From assembly GCA_010093705.1 (NCBI GenBank), contig MU006123.1:62001-91628 (forward strand): DNA of 29,628 nucleotides, given 5' to 3'. Below, one piece after another: positions 1 through 11,286 of this stretch. Below the pieces are notes generated by a model. The model saw only the letters and a list, made by a program, of their open reading frames with translations, was not told where the DNA came from and did not search any database. The stretch comes from Patellaria atrata CBS 101060 (Eukaryota). The number at the start of each line of letters is the position of its first letter. The first letter of the stretch is position 1. Made by a program: the position numbers and the translations under genes.

Positions 1-2
1 AG

Positions 3-1148
3 CCAGCCACGGAGACATACCTTCCAGCGGTCGCTGCTACTGTCGCTGACGGAGTCAACGGTCTTAAGAGTGCCGATCAGCACCGGCATTTCGCCACTAA
101 CAATACTTACGTTACCCCCGATGGTAACTTTGAATATCGCGAGCCAATTCAGGAATACACGCCGCATCGACAACCGAGCAATGGTTACCGTATGAATGAG
201 AACGTTCCTATGGGTAATACAATGGGAGCACCCCTTGCGACAAATTTTCACCCATTTACCGTGCCGAATAATACCTGGGCTCTGCCACCAGCTCCTGAAG
301 ATGTCATGTCGCATGGTCCTGGCAACTGCGACTGCGGCGATGAATGCGCCTGCCTCGGATGTGCTACACATCCCAAGAATATTACTACGACGTCATATGT
401 TCGCGACATGGGTGTTTACATGATGCAAAATCCCGGCCTGTTGTCTCGCAGGGCAAGCTTTCAGCAACAGTACGCACAAAATGGCGTTTACAACATTGGA
501 AATCCTCAGCAAGTGGGACCCACGTTTGGTCCACCGTTCACCCAGCAGCATTATAACGGCAATTCAACCCAATATCTTAACGAATATGCGGCTACTTATG
601 CGGAAAACATGCCCTACCCACATCAGCAACAGATGATGTATCAGCCAATTCCGCACCCGACATTCGACCTCAACCATCTTCAGCTGCAGAGCCCGTCGAC
701 TGATCAAGATCAAGACCCGAGAAAGATGTTTCTGAAACCATACGTTGATAAAGATAACTCTTCCATGCGAGCAGACTTTGCTTCGCAATTAGAACGCGTC
801 CCACAAATCGATACGGTCGGATATATGGACTTCGAACATCTCATCAATTCACCAGAGGAAGATACTAATCTCTCCCCGACCTCGTACCTTTTTCAGGCCG
901 TTGAGCTCCCGGCTTGCAATGATGCTAATGGGATCTGTCAATGTGGAGAAGAGTGCAACTGCGCAGACTGCCGTGTTCACGGTGGACCTACTCTTCCTGC
1001 GAACAACGATTTCAACTTCGACTTCATGGTGAACGCCAACGTCAATGTCAACGGAAACACGGTTGTCGATCATGAGTCTCGCATGCCTACTAACGGCCTT
1101 TCAAACAACGCCTTTGAGATGTCGTTCAATGCCTCCGTTCCTGGTTGA
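3..1148 (+). CDS. C-terminal part of a copper-responsive (Ace1/AceA/Crf1-like, copper-fist family) transcription factor; 5' end outside window
   Basis: Frame is open from position 3 through the 192-1148 ORF. It has two metallothionein-like motifs, CDCGDECACLGCATHP and CQCGEECNCADCRVHG, separated by a Q/P/N-rich region. The N-terminal copper-fist domain is not visible. Confidence 0.7.
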   Translation, partial: PATETYLPAVAATVADGVNGLKSADQHRHFATNNTYVTPDGNFEYREPIQEYTPHRQPSNGYRMNENVPMGNTMGAPLATNFHPFTVPNNTWALPPAPEDVMSHGPGNCDCGDECACLGCATHPKNITTTSYVRDMGVYMMQNPGLLSRRASFQQQYAQNGVYNIGNPQQVGPTFGPPFTQQHYNGNSTQYLNEYAATYAENMPYPHQQQMMYQPIPHPTFDLNHLQLQSPSTDQDQDPRKMFLKPYVDKDNSSMRADFASQLERVPQIDTVGYMDFEHLINSPEEDTNLSPTSYLFQAVELPACNDANGICQCGEECNCADCRVHGGPTLPANNDFNFDFMVNANVNVNGNTVVDHESRMPTNGLSNNAFEMSFNASVPG

Positions 1149-2684
1149 GAGGGCGCAATGTACCTCTCTCTACCGTCCACTCAGTATATTATGTACTCAT
1201 CATCACAGTGTGATGGTCGACATTTCATGAGCCAAGAGGCCGAATTGCAGGCGATCTAGTCGTTTGCTGCGATATTCGTTTCACTCCTCTCGTCTAGTTT
1301 ACGTCTTGTACCCTGTCTCTGGTACGTGTAGGACGCGAACCTGCATATCACGCCATTCTCCTGTTCATGTATGAGAGAAAAATGCGTTCTATGCTGGTTA
1401 CGAATGATGGGAAACACGAATGCGAAAATGATGCTTTTTCAAGAGATGCTTTAAGTAGATTTTGTACAACACGTTGCGAAAAACTTATGTTGAGAGGATC
1501 ATGCATCGTAGATGTAGCATGGCATACCGTCTTTTGAATTCATTTAGCACCACCGGTCGGCGGTGATTTGGTAATTGGGAGGATAATTGGAAATGGGGCA
1601 GGGAGGAATTGGTCATGGAGCGAGGAGGATAGGTATTGCCGCCCTAGTAATAGGGGTTTTGATCTGTTTCAGCAGGTCGCAAAAGGAGCATGTATGTAGC
1701 TTGAAAAAAATAAAATAAAAGACGATCTGTTCGTCAAATCTCAGTATCTCGTCTGTGATATGGTGCGGACGCGAGTAGCGTGATGTCGACACTCCACAGT
1801 TTTCGTCGGCTCTGCCTGACAAGGGAATTCAATTCAAGGGCGGGAGTAACAATACTCCTGTCCTTTCCAAGCTCAAATGTTATCTGCTGGAATGGGCAGA
1901 AAGATTGCCTCAAATATTCATACATTATACATTTCCTTAGTAAGGTACATGAACTAGCCACCCCGATGAGAAAAGTCTTCCCCATCACCCACCCAAAGTT
2001 AAAAGAGACAAAAGTTGATTTTTAAGAGTTCCACTGACGAGCTGATGCGTGACCGCCAATCCTGGTCTTTAGAGGAATCTGACGGTAGAAAACGGAAAAT
2101 GGGAAAATAAAGGAGAATTGGGGAAGGTGCGATGGCCTTCATTCCGGGACACGGACATGACTACTACTGCTCTACCGAATAAAGACATAGCACGACTTCA
2201 TCCCCCAATTTCCCCCCTCTCAATAACTCACGCTGTTTATATATTGGTGAAGCTTGCAAACAAGCATCCCATACATATTTCATAGCGGAACTGAGCAATG
2301 ACAAGAGAAATATCGCAAGAAAAGCCAGCCATCTTTCCATAATACAGTAGATAGAGTCTAGCCTTTGCCCTTCTACAAGCCGTAGCAGGAAACAACCCCC
2401 CCCTCCACCCCAAAAAAAAAAAAACAAAAATCGAGCCAACATTGTGTAAAAGCTGAAATGTTTCCCCCCGGTTTTCATCCCATTCAGATCAGCTTGTGAA
2501 TCAAAAGACCGGTTTCGAACTGCTGACTGGCGAGTCGTGCTCGCCGTAGAATCTTCAAGAAGGTGATAATAGAAGCACAGAAATAAATTCACGGTATGCG
2601 GAGAATAGAAGCACACCGAAGATGAAGCGATACCGTTAAGCAGAAGAGGGGTATAAAGCATGTCCGACATCAAAGTGAAGTGAT

Positions 2685-4105
2685 CTAGTCGTGAGAAAAC
2701 TTGAAGGTCACCTCACCGGATGTCACAGCAACCTGATTAATGAATTAGCGTCAAATTGAAAGAGGAATTCTCAAGGCGGAAACAAACCGTGCAGCCTTCT
2801 CTGCTGTTGCAGATGTTATAGTTCTCACCGCTGCAGTACTTGCCATTAGAGTACTTGCAACGGCCAGATAGATTATCGTAACCACCATCATTTCCAATGA
2901 TTTCGATGCTAAAATCGAGCTTTGCATTCGTGGTAGGGTAGTTCTGGAAGATGGAGAGCCAAGCAGTACCCGAGGAGTATCCCACACCAAGGTTCAAGGG
3001 AGCAAAATTGCCGACAGGTTCACTGGCAGAACCCCATCTGCACGCCTTCTCTTGAGGTATACCCTCGTTGTTGACATAATATTGAGCTGAAGTTTGCTTG
3101 CCTTGCCAGTTGTAGTAGTTATCAGCCTCGGGGCAGGTTAGAGGATAACTGTTTCCGGGGAACGTGGCTAGAGGAACGGTTTCGGATTCATCACCTACAG
3201 AAAATTGTTAGTAAAGTACTTACTTAAACGATGGGGCAACTGTGAAGCGACAAACCTGGGTAATCGGTACGGCAGACACATGCTTGATCTCCAAGATCGT
3301 TCTGCACTTTCACATCAATAGCAGTTGTGCCTTTCATGCAAAGTCTCTTCGACATTCCCGGATTGGTCAACCAAAGCTTGCCGCCTCTGCACTTGATACC
3401 TCCAACGGATTGGCCTGTGGCACCTTGAAGTTCTGGCCATTGGGACTTCTGGTAACCAGGGGGACATGCGTAGGAACAGTACGATCCATCTTCGGAGCAA
3501 CCCCCCGAAGTAGGAGAGAATATGTTATCGTAGCCTCGAGAGTTCGATACCCTGGGCAGCTGAATACCGGTCCAGCCCTTTAAACCGAGATATGTAAGTG
3601 GGACAGCTCCGTATTCAGATGGAAATGTGTCGCAATCTAGCTCTCCATCAGGAAAGTCCCTATCAACACCAGAGCTTCCATAATGCCCACTGTCGCTGTG
3701 GGGGCGCGGTTTCGGAGAAGGCTCTGGTTCGGGTTCAGGTTCGGGGGTATGCTCAGGTTCAGGGGAGCTCGAAGGAGCTGCGGAAGTACTTCGCTCCGGA
3801 ACCGAGCTAGGTTTGTATTGATTATTGTGTACTTCCGGAGAAGGGGTAGGAGACGATGAGACCGGTTCGAGATCCCCGCCGTCAGCAAAGATCAGAGTAC
3901 CATTCTTGATGCCCTCGGCGCATTCTGCCTCAGAAATGAGTCTTCCTCCTAACTCGTATACAGTGACCGTCGGTGTATCAGCACGAGGGACTTCGACGTT
4001 GGGAGCAGGAATCCGCTTTTCATGAGCGTGATGGTGCTGATGACGGTGGCCAGCAGCTAAACCTGCAGTCGCGAAGACCAATGAAGTGGCTATAGCGATT
4101 CTCAT
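2685..4105 (-). CDS. SUN1: SUN-family (Sim1/Uth1/Nca3/Sun4, GH132) secreted beta-1,3-glucanase; exons 4105-3256, 3194-2788, 2732-2685
   Basis: Signal peptide MRIAIATSLVFATAGLA, His-rich pro-region ending in KR, and a P/S/E-rich linker. SUN motifs FPDGELDCDTFPSEYGA, CSYACPPGYQKSQWP, CRTDYPG|DESETVP, TSAQYYVN and GNFAPLNLGVG are present. Introns 3255-3195 and 2787-2733 are GT..AG with branch sites and restore the frame. Confidence 0.93.
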
Positions 4106-4490
4106 GGTGACGATCGAATTTGGTGCTTTAAGGGCAACGCTCCAAAGTTGTTTGATCACGGTTCGAGGTCTTTATGGTAACGTAGCTAAGAGTCAAAGGA
4201 GTGTTAGTGCATTGACCTCCTTTGTAAACAACAAGAGTAAACAATGATCGAACGCGAAAGGTGGCGCTTCTGAAATTTAGGATGAGATACAGAGTGAAGA
4301 GCGGAACAGGAAGCCTTTGTAGTGGAGAAAACTTGATTGGGAATTCATACCAGTATCGGGTTGGACGAGAGCGAGAGAGGTTGTTAACGTTGGTTGAATG
4401 TATTCAGAGCGACGAGCGACAAATATTCCAAAAGAGTGAATCGGATGGGTTTCCAGTGGGTGGAATAGATGACAAGAGTAAGGAAAAAGT

Positions 4491-4512
4491 AAGAGAGAGA
4501 GAGAGCGAGAGT
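4491..4512. repeat. (GA)n/(TC)n microsatellite in the pyrimidine-rich upstream/5' UTR region of the SUN gene
   Basis: aagagagagagagagcgagagt is seen directly. Confidence 0.7.
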
Positions 4513-6128
4513 GAGGAATAGAAACGATCGTGTGGCGCTGTGAGGAGTGCGATAGGAGAAGAGAAGGGGTTGAGGGAAGGGAGGACGTCTTCGGGTGTAG
4601 GAGAAGCAAACGGGCGCCAAGTCCTGTAAAATGAACATTAAAATGAACATCAACCTCCCCCAGTCAATTCGACCAACACTCCAACTTTCTCTCTTTTTCC
4701 TAAGATGAGACGCCGGGATATTATCATCCCCCTACTACAGTACTACCAGTGCTACAAGATATTTCCTGTTGCTTTGCTGTGTTGAATCTTTCGGTTATCA
4801 GTTGTTACTGTTACAGTCTTGCATAACGGTTGACAAGCACACCCGACGAGCTACAAGGCAACACACAAATTTCCGTGTTTGGACGCGTTTTCAGGCTCAA
4901 AAAAAGGTTGAGAAGTCAATTTCGTCTTCGCATTCTTCAGTTTTATACAGTACAGTAACTTAATTGATATCCTTTCAGATCGTTATTATTGATATTATTA
5001 GTCCCACCCAAGGGGTCTATCATCGTCGTTTAATTAACGTTGGCTAATCACAGATTGAAATTGATTCTGTACTGTACTGTACCTGCATGTACCCCGTACC
5101 CGACACTAGCCCCTAAAGGTAGATAGGCTGTATTAATCATACCTCGGAAATTTTCATTTTCATTTGCTACTTGAAAATTAAATCTGCAGATCATATTTCG
5201 CGAAACGTTTTGGCCGACGATACTCTCTGTTGCTTCCAACTTAAAATGAGCTTAATTTGGATAATCGTCTTGATTTCTCGTGATTTCGTTTATAATCCAC
5301 CGAAATATAATGGACGAAATAGTACATATTTTAGCCGAGCTAGCATACTAGCTTTTGTCTTATTCTAGACTTCATGGCTTGTGATTCCATCGTTACTCTA
5401 TCACTGTCCCATTGATAGAGAGTTACCTATTAGAGAGTGTACCTAGGACAAGGAGGGGACAAACCGCAAGCTTGGAGTACAAGCTTAGTATGACATCGAA
5501 CACACTGCTATCGTTGAACTTTGTGGCCACGAGTACAAAGTGACACGATGCGATTGACTGATATGGATGATCTGATCGAGAATACCCCACATACTGCACC
5601 GTGAGATATGCACAGGCTTGCTGTACACGTCCTGTATGGATGACAACATTATACTGGTTTTGACTGGACCAAGATATTATAAAGTTGTAGTGTACATCCC
5701 ACCCAAAAGTTGTTTGGTAGTAAGCGTACAAAATCGCTTCATATCGAAAATTGAGCTATGTCAGTAATTAACAGAATAAGAGGTCGAAAGTGAAGTATCA
5801 GAACATCCAATGAAGCGTCATGAAACATGCAGATTTTCCATTATAAGTACCCTAATCATACATGAGTCCTTGCTGCTCTAAACTCTGTAGTGGAAATTCA
5901 GCAATCGTGCCGAGGAGGGACAATTGGTAGGCGTGCTGATAGAGTGTGACAATGTAAAGTTGAAACAAGGGATCTCTTCGGGGGTTGTGAGATTTGGAGT
6001 AAAAGGCCTGCGTAAGTATTCTAATGTTGACTGAGCCATCCACCAAGCTTCACGAGGAGACATGGTATGGAAGATTTTCAACGGGGAAGAAAACATCGTA
6101 CAATTATGTTACAGGAAAATACTAGCAA

Positions 6129-7468
6129 TTATGCTCGTGCCTGTGGTTGCGTCTGCCCACCGAATGGTATCCAGGATTTCACTCTAGAAATCAGTCCAGA
6201 CGCTTTCAGAGATTCAGATGATCCTGCTTCATCATATTCTGTCTCCGCTCCAGTATCCACCTCCATTTTTAGAGTCCGCTTCAAACAATCAGGTATTTCA
6301 TTCTTCTCTGGTACTGGAGCGATATGTCTCAAATCATTCTTGATTTGTTCGTGGTGTATTTCTTCAGGCCATGCAGCCGCATATTCCGCATCTAATATAT
6401 CTGCCCATTGGATCCGCACACCGTCCATTGTGAAACTGACCTTATCTGGGTTGAGGATGGCTTTTCGTATGGGTCCATATTTTGGGAGCGACGGGGCCTT
6501 TTCAATTGGATTGGAGTATTTGTCATTTTGGTTCCAGGTGATGTTGAATCGTTCACGGCCTCCAGCGAGGACCTTTTGGGCACGGGCCATATCATTGACA
6601 TACCCGTGTATTCTTCTTATCAGAGTTTCGATCTTGGCTTTTTCTTCTTCATCGCTATTGCTTTGTTTTCCACGCAATGCTTTGGTACGCTCCTTGAGCC
6701 TCTGAAGTTGACCCTCGTCGGCTCGTTGAGCCAATTTTTCCATTTTATCCCACATCTTCTGCTTGCGAATTTCAGTAGCTAGACGTTTGATACAGACAGT
6801 GAGGACTTCCTTATCGCCCCGGCTCTTCGTGGTATCCTGTTGTTTCTTGAGAGAGCTCAGGACCGCCTTCATGCGATCGATTGGCTTTGAGTCCTGTAAA
6901 GCTTCCAACGAAGAATGCTTGTCATGTTCCCTTAGCCAGGCTTCATCAACTGTTTCCGCGCTAATTTCGGACATTCTGACCATCTTCTCTCCCTCGACCT
7001 TTTGTTTTTGTAAAACAGCAGCTAAATCTGCAACCGTGTTTGCTTTCTGATTCATTATCTTTCTCGCGCGCAACTTCCGCGGTAGCGGCTTCTCACCCTC
7101 AGCTATCCTCCACCGCGTCTCATGTAGGATTCGGAATTCTCTAAGCAAGCGGTATGCTGTGAGGCCTTGGGGGGCTGATGGAAAGGTGATAGTGGCCATT
7201 GTCCTCCACATGTCTTTGCGGACAGCTCTGGGAACGGTCTTTTTGCCCGCATAGGGAAGCTGCTTGAGAACAGAGCTATTCTGATGAATGTTAGCAGGTA
7301 CGCAGGGAAAGGAAAAGAGTTTAGGTCTACTTTAAGTGCCCTATCTAATGAGTAAACCACCTGATTCGTCTTGACATTATTGTAAATGAAAATATAGCGG
7401 CCGTGATCTGCGTTCTTGAGACCATATACTTTCGGCGTCTTGATGATGGGAATCCTCCTTGGACCCAT
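6129..7468 (-). CDS. MHR1: Mhr1 / mitochondrial ribosomal protein mL67; exons 7468-7331, 7280-6129 (about 429 aa)
   Basis: Spliced N-terminus HGRYIFIYNNVKTNQVVYSLDRALK|NSSVLKQLPYAGKKTVPRAVRKDMWRTMATITFP...AYRLLREFRILHE, then MNQKANTVADLAAVL and C-terminal IQWADILDAEYAAAWP, all typical of Mhr1. The 50-nt intron 7330-7281 reads GTAGAC..GCTAAC..CAG. Confidence 0.88.
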
Positions 7469-7639
7469 TGCAAATAATCGTTCCGCAGTAGTTGCTGCTT
7501 CGAGGCCCCCAGAAAAGGATGTGAACTAAAATAGAAGGAAAAAAGCGGATGTTGGGGATAAAGTTATGGGAGCGTAGCTCTACTGCAGGATGCAACTCAC
7601 TTGCGTGCTACTAAAAGTTCGGTATATTATCGGAGTATA

Positions 7640-8280
7640 ACGTAGGTAATAAGCGAGTCGCCAGTACAAACGAGTCGCTAGTACAAGCGAGCCGCCAGCA
7701 CAGCAACTTTCTACACCTCCACAAGCGTACAATTCAACAACCCATTAGAGTATTGTATATATATTACTGCTATAGATTAAGCAGTATTGAAAGAATCTTT
7801 CTTGCATGTACGTACTCGAGTTATGGCCAGGTTCTCTGCAGCGGCTACAGCGTGTAAGAGCTTGTTGGCTTAGGCCAACAGGAGAGCCACCACGCTGAGC
7901 GAGTAGTAAACTAGCCATATCTCGTACAGCATTGTATGTAGGTGAAAATCCACGCGTATCCAGCTCTAGTATATGCTTAACTACTACCTCCTCCTCCAGC
8001 TGGGTGAGCTTCTTAGAGTTAGGCTGGCAATCGCGTCGTGCTAGCTTCCCAGCGCGTCGGTCACGGAGTGTTGATCGAGGGACATTGTACATTGAAGCAG
8101 CGCAGTTAGTGCTCTGAATCTGCTTAATCTCAATAGAGGAGATGGCAAGAGTAATATCTGCTTCTTGATAGCTTGATTGAGTAATACATGGTTGAGCTAT
8201 TGATGTTAATAGTTAGGATGATGTAGAAAGTTGCAAGGCTGGCGGCTCGCTTGTACTGGCGACTCGCTTATAACCTACGT
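7640..8280 (-). mobile_element. Internally deleted, non-autonomous Fot1/pogo-type DNA transposon (641 bp) with TIRs and TA target duplication
   Basis: Both ends read ACGTAGGT(A/T)ATAAGCGAGTCGCCAGTACAA inward, with TA at 7638-7639 and 8281-8282. The minus-strand remnant encodes the HTH region (AASMYNVPRSTLRDRRAG...KLTQLEEEVVVKHILELDTRGFSP) joined directly to the C-terminal knuckle RCSRCREPGHN; there is no DDE domain. Confidence 0.92.
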
Positions 8281-8637
8281 TACCACATAGCCGAACTATA
8301 GGGTCGCTCTACTGTGCTGTGGACTAAGGTTCGGCTTCTCCCGCACGGATGATACATCGGCCATGACCACCTCAAAAGAGACATCAAAGTCGGTCGGGTA
8401 AATCCGTACAGTGAGGAATTGCCCCGATCACGAACAGAACAACACATCGGGTTCATTGCACCTTCCATTTAACAGTACGGTAACATCCGTTGCTTTCTCC
8501 TACCCACGAGCGACGGGACGGGATGTTCATACTCTTTCGTCATGTAATTAATCTCTTCACAATCGATTCTTACCATCAACTCACACATTCTGCCTTTTTG
8601 AAGCATTGCTACACTATAATAAATTGCTAGGTTGACA

Positions 8638-10820
8638 ATGTCAAGCGTACCATCTTCGGAACAAGCTGGGTTATATCAGTTATCGACCCGAAGAGAGAGA
8701 TCTTGGCTTCTTCCTCGTGTGAGTAATGAATATGACTTGATCTATTTCTACATCTGAATCGCTAACGCATCCTCAGAACCGCAAGCTCAGACATCTACAC
8801 GGCATTACAATCCGAAACCTTACCCATGAGCTTCCACCTGTTGGGCGTTCACGCGGTAAAACAATCGATGATGATGCTATCCCCTCCACACTAAGATCCC
8901 CTACCAAAGCTCTAGCTTTGCGCGAAATTAAGAAATTGGAACATTCGCGGTCATCCTCTGATTTGCGTCTTACCAAGGAGTCGGATACACAAGACCATAA
9001 GAGAGAAATCCAAAGGGATACTGCTCAGCCTGATAAGCCTAGGCCTTCAATTTCAAGGTTGAGAAGGAGAAGCACAATGGAATGGGCAAGCGCGAGTCCA
9101 CTCGAGAGGCAACAGAAACTGGAGGACATGACTGCGGGGAAAATGGCCGACACTTTCGTCTCTCTACATGCTGAAGGTGTAGATGGTATGATCTTTACCC
9201 ATCAGTCCCATGGAAAGAGATATTGATCCATGCTGTAGATCCGATTTATGTCAGTGAGGTTGCTGAGAAGGTCATGGTACGTTTAGATATCGTGTATAAG
9301 ATATTTTACACCACGTTAACAATGTATAGAACCACAGTTTTTGTTTCTTTGACCTCACCACTTGGGGTCCGTCCATTACTCGATTGTCGGAGCTGGTAGT
9401 TAGAGTGTGGACGAAAAGTGACAAAATGCGCGAGTACCAATTTCTCATTGAAGTCGTATTAGCTCTACCAGCTCTACATTTTGTCGGGAAGTCAGTAGGT
9501 AAACCTCTACTCCAGCAAATTTGTGTAGCTCATACCGTTTAGCTCGATAATTTTTACCACCCGCTTCCATCCAACTGTATCCTATTCCATCTTACTGATG
9601 GGATATATACCACCTTCACTAACCTCCCGCTTGAATTTACCAATACATCGGATCGTACATATGTTCGATCCGGACCGAATCGAATTTTGCCCTCATCTTC
9701 TTACGATGCTTTAATGCGACTATCTACTTTGGACGATTGTATCCAAGATGCTCTAGCAACTCGCAACCGCCTTGCCTCAGAGTTGACCGCCATTCTTGAA
9801 TGCAATAAAGAGTCTTTCAATACTATGAGGCGTGTTTCAGAGGCAGAAGAAACCTTGAAGACTGTGGAATCCGCCGTTACAACATTAAAACGACGGGTTG
9901 AAGCCATCTCGCGGAAGAGAAGGGAAATGGAGCAGAGCATCAATAGCCGGAGAGACGCCATAGACTCAGGTATTGATGCGCAGTCAAAGATAAAGTCCCA
10001 AATTGAAAGCGCCGAGGGGAAGTTGCGTGACTCCAAAGAGATGCTACGCCATACCGAAGATGATATAACCGGTCAGCGGCGGCGAATATGTGAAGATATT
10101 CTCTCTATTTTTCCAATCGACCCAATACCGGGTAAATCTCTCTCTTTTACCATTAGGGACCTTCCACTACCGAATTCAGAATTCGATGACACAAAAGACG
10201 ATGTTGTCGCAGCGGCCCTTGGTCACGTCGCGCAGGTGGTCTATCTCCTCTCCTTGTATCTTAATGTCCCATTACCCTATCCACTGCAACCCCGTAGTTC
10301 AGTCAGTACAGTTTCAGACCTGATTTCAATGACTAATGGGCCCCGTTTGTATCCACTATTTTTGAAAGGTGCCGTGCGTTACAGGTTTGAATACGGTGTT
10401 TTCTTGCTAAATAAAAATATTGAAATTCTGTCATCCAGTTTGGGCCTGAAGCTTCTCGATATCAGACAAACCCTTCCGAACCTCAAGTACCTGCTCTATG
10501 TCGCGACGGCGGGGAAGGGAGACTTACCTATGCGCAAGGTGGGGGGCATCAAAGGGTTGATGAGATATAGTAGGAGTCCGGCAACGCGTCCATATGGGGT
10601 GGAAAGAACCACTAGCGAGGACAATATTGAACTGCAGAGGAATAACGAGCAGAAAGTTAGGGATGGTCCTTTTGATGAATCGGATACTAGGTCATTGTTA
10701 AAAGATGTCACGAATGGGAGTCGGTATGTAGGGTTCGGAGCAGGAACTGACATCAATGGAAAGGTAAATGGAGGTGTTTTCACGAAGGAAGCGGAGAGGG
10801 GTAGAAGTGGGTTGACATAA
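8638..10820 (+). CDS. VPS38: Vps38/UVRAG subunit of the class III PI3-kinase complex; exons 8638-8718, 8777-9185, 9239-9276, 9330-9495, 9543-10820
   Basis: Spliced product has RERSWLLPR|NRKLRHLHGITIRNL, PIYVSEVAEKVM|NHSFCFFDL, LPSNCILFHLTDGIYT, a long coiled coil, and AAALGHVAQ..LPYPL..YPLF..RFEYGVFLLNKNIE..DIRQTLPNLKYLL. Four canonical GT-AG introns keep the frame. Confidence 0.85.
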
Positions 10821-11286
10821 AGGTTGATCCGCAAGTTTAGAGGGTTTCCTACAAACTGTAGATATTAGCCCTTGGGAGTGTTAAGATACTGACGCCGGCG
10901 TACGGAACCAGTGGGAAATCATCACTGATAGTATTCGGTCTATCATTTAGCCTGTATTCATGTATTACGTGTATGAACATATATAACGGGTTTGTATAAG
11001 AGGGTAAACCTAATACATCCATTGGTTTTTTTGAGCTTCGAACTCGAGTTGTTGACGAAACGTAAAGCTTCTTAGTGTGGACATCGGCACATATAGGACT
11101 TGAAAGACCACTGTAGAATGTCAGGTTTCAAACCAGTTCATGGTATGCGCTCTGAATTGAATAACATGTACTATCATGATCAACAGTGCGTCTTATTAAG
11201 AGGAAGACACATTGTCTAACAAGCAGCCGCCCTAGCGCGTCTACATTCTATGTCGTGACATCCTTAGGACTCTTACCCCCCCTGAT

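Noticed and set aside
2164..2673. 169-aa minus-strand ORF with FFFFWGGGGG
   Set aside because: It lies in the probable SUN 3' UTR; the odd residues come from homopolymer C and A runs at 2395-2430.
4261..6096. Several 60-110 aa ORFs between SUN and MHR1
   Set aside because: They are mostly non-ATG starts with low-complexity or UTR-like composition and no motifs; a long upstream regulatory region explains them better.
6067..7050. Plus-strand ORFs of 212, 124 and 95 aa
   Set aside because: They are antisense shadows of MHR1 with no recognisable motifs.
7651..7701. 17-bp repeats resembling a CRISPR-like or operator array
   Set aside because: There are no spacers, the context is eukaryotic, and the repeats are mirrored at the other transposon end, so they are TIR sub-repeats.
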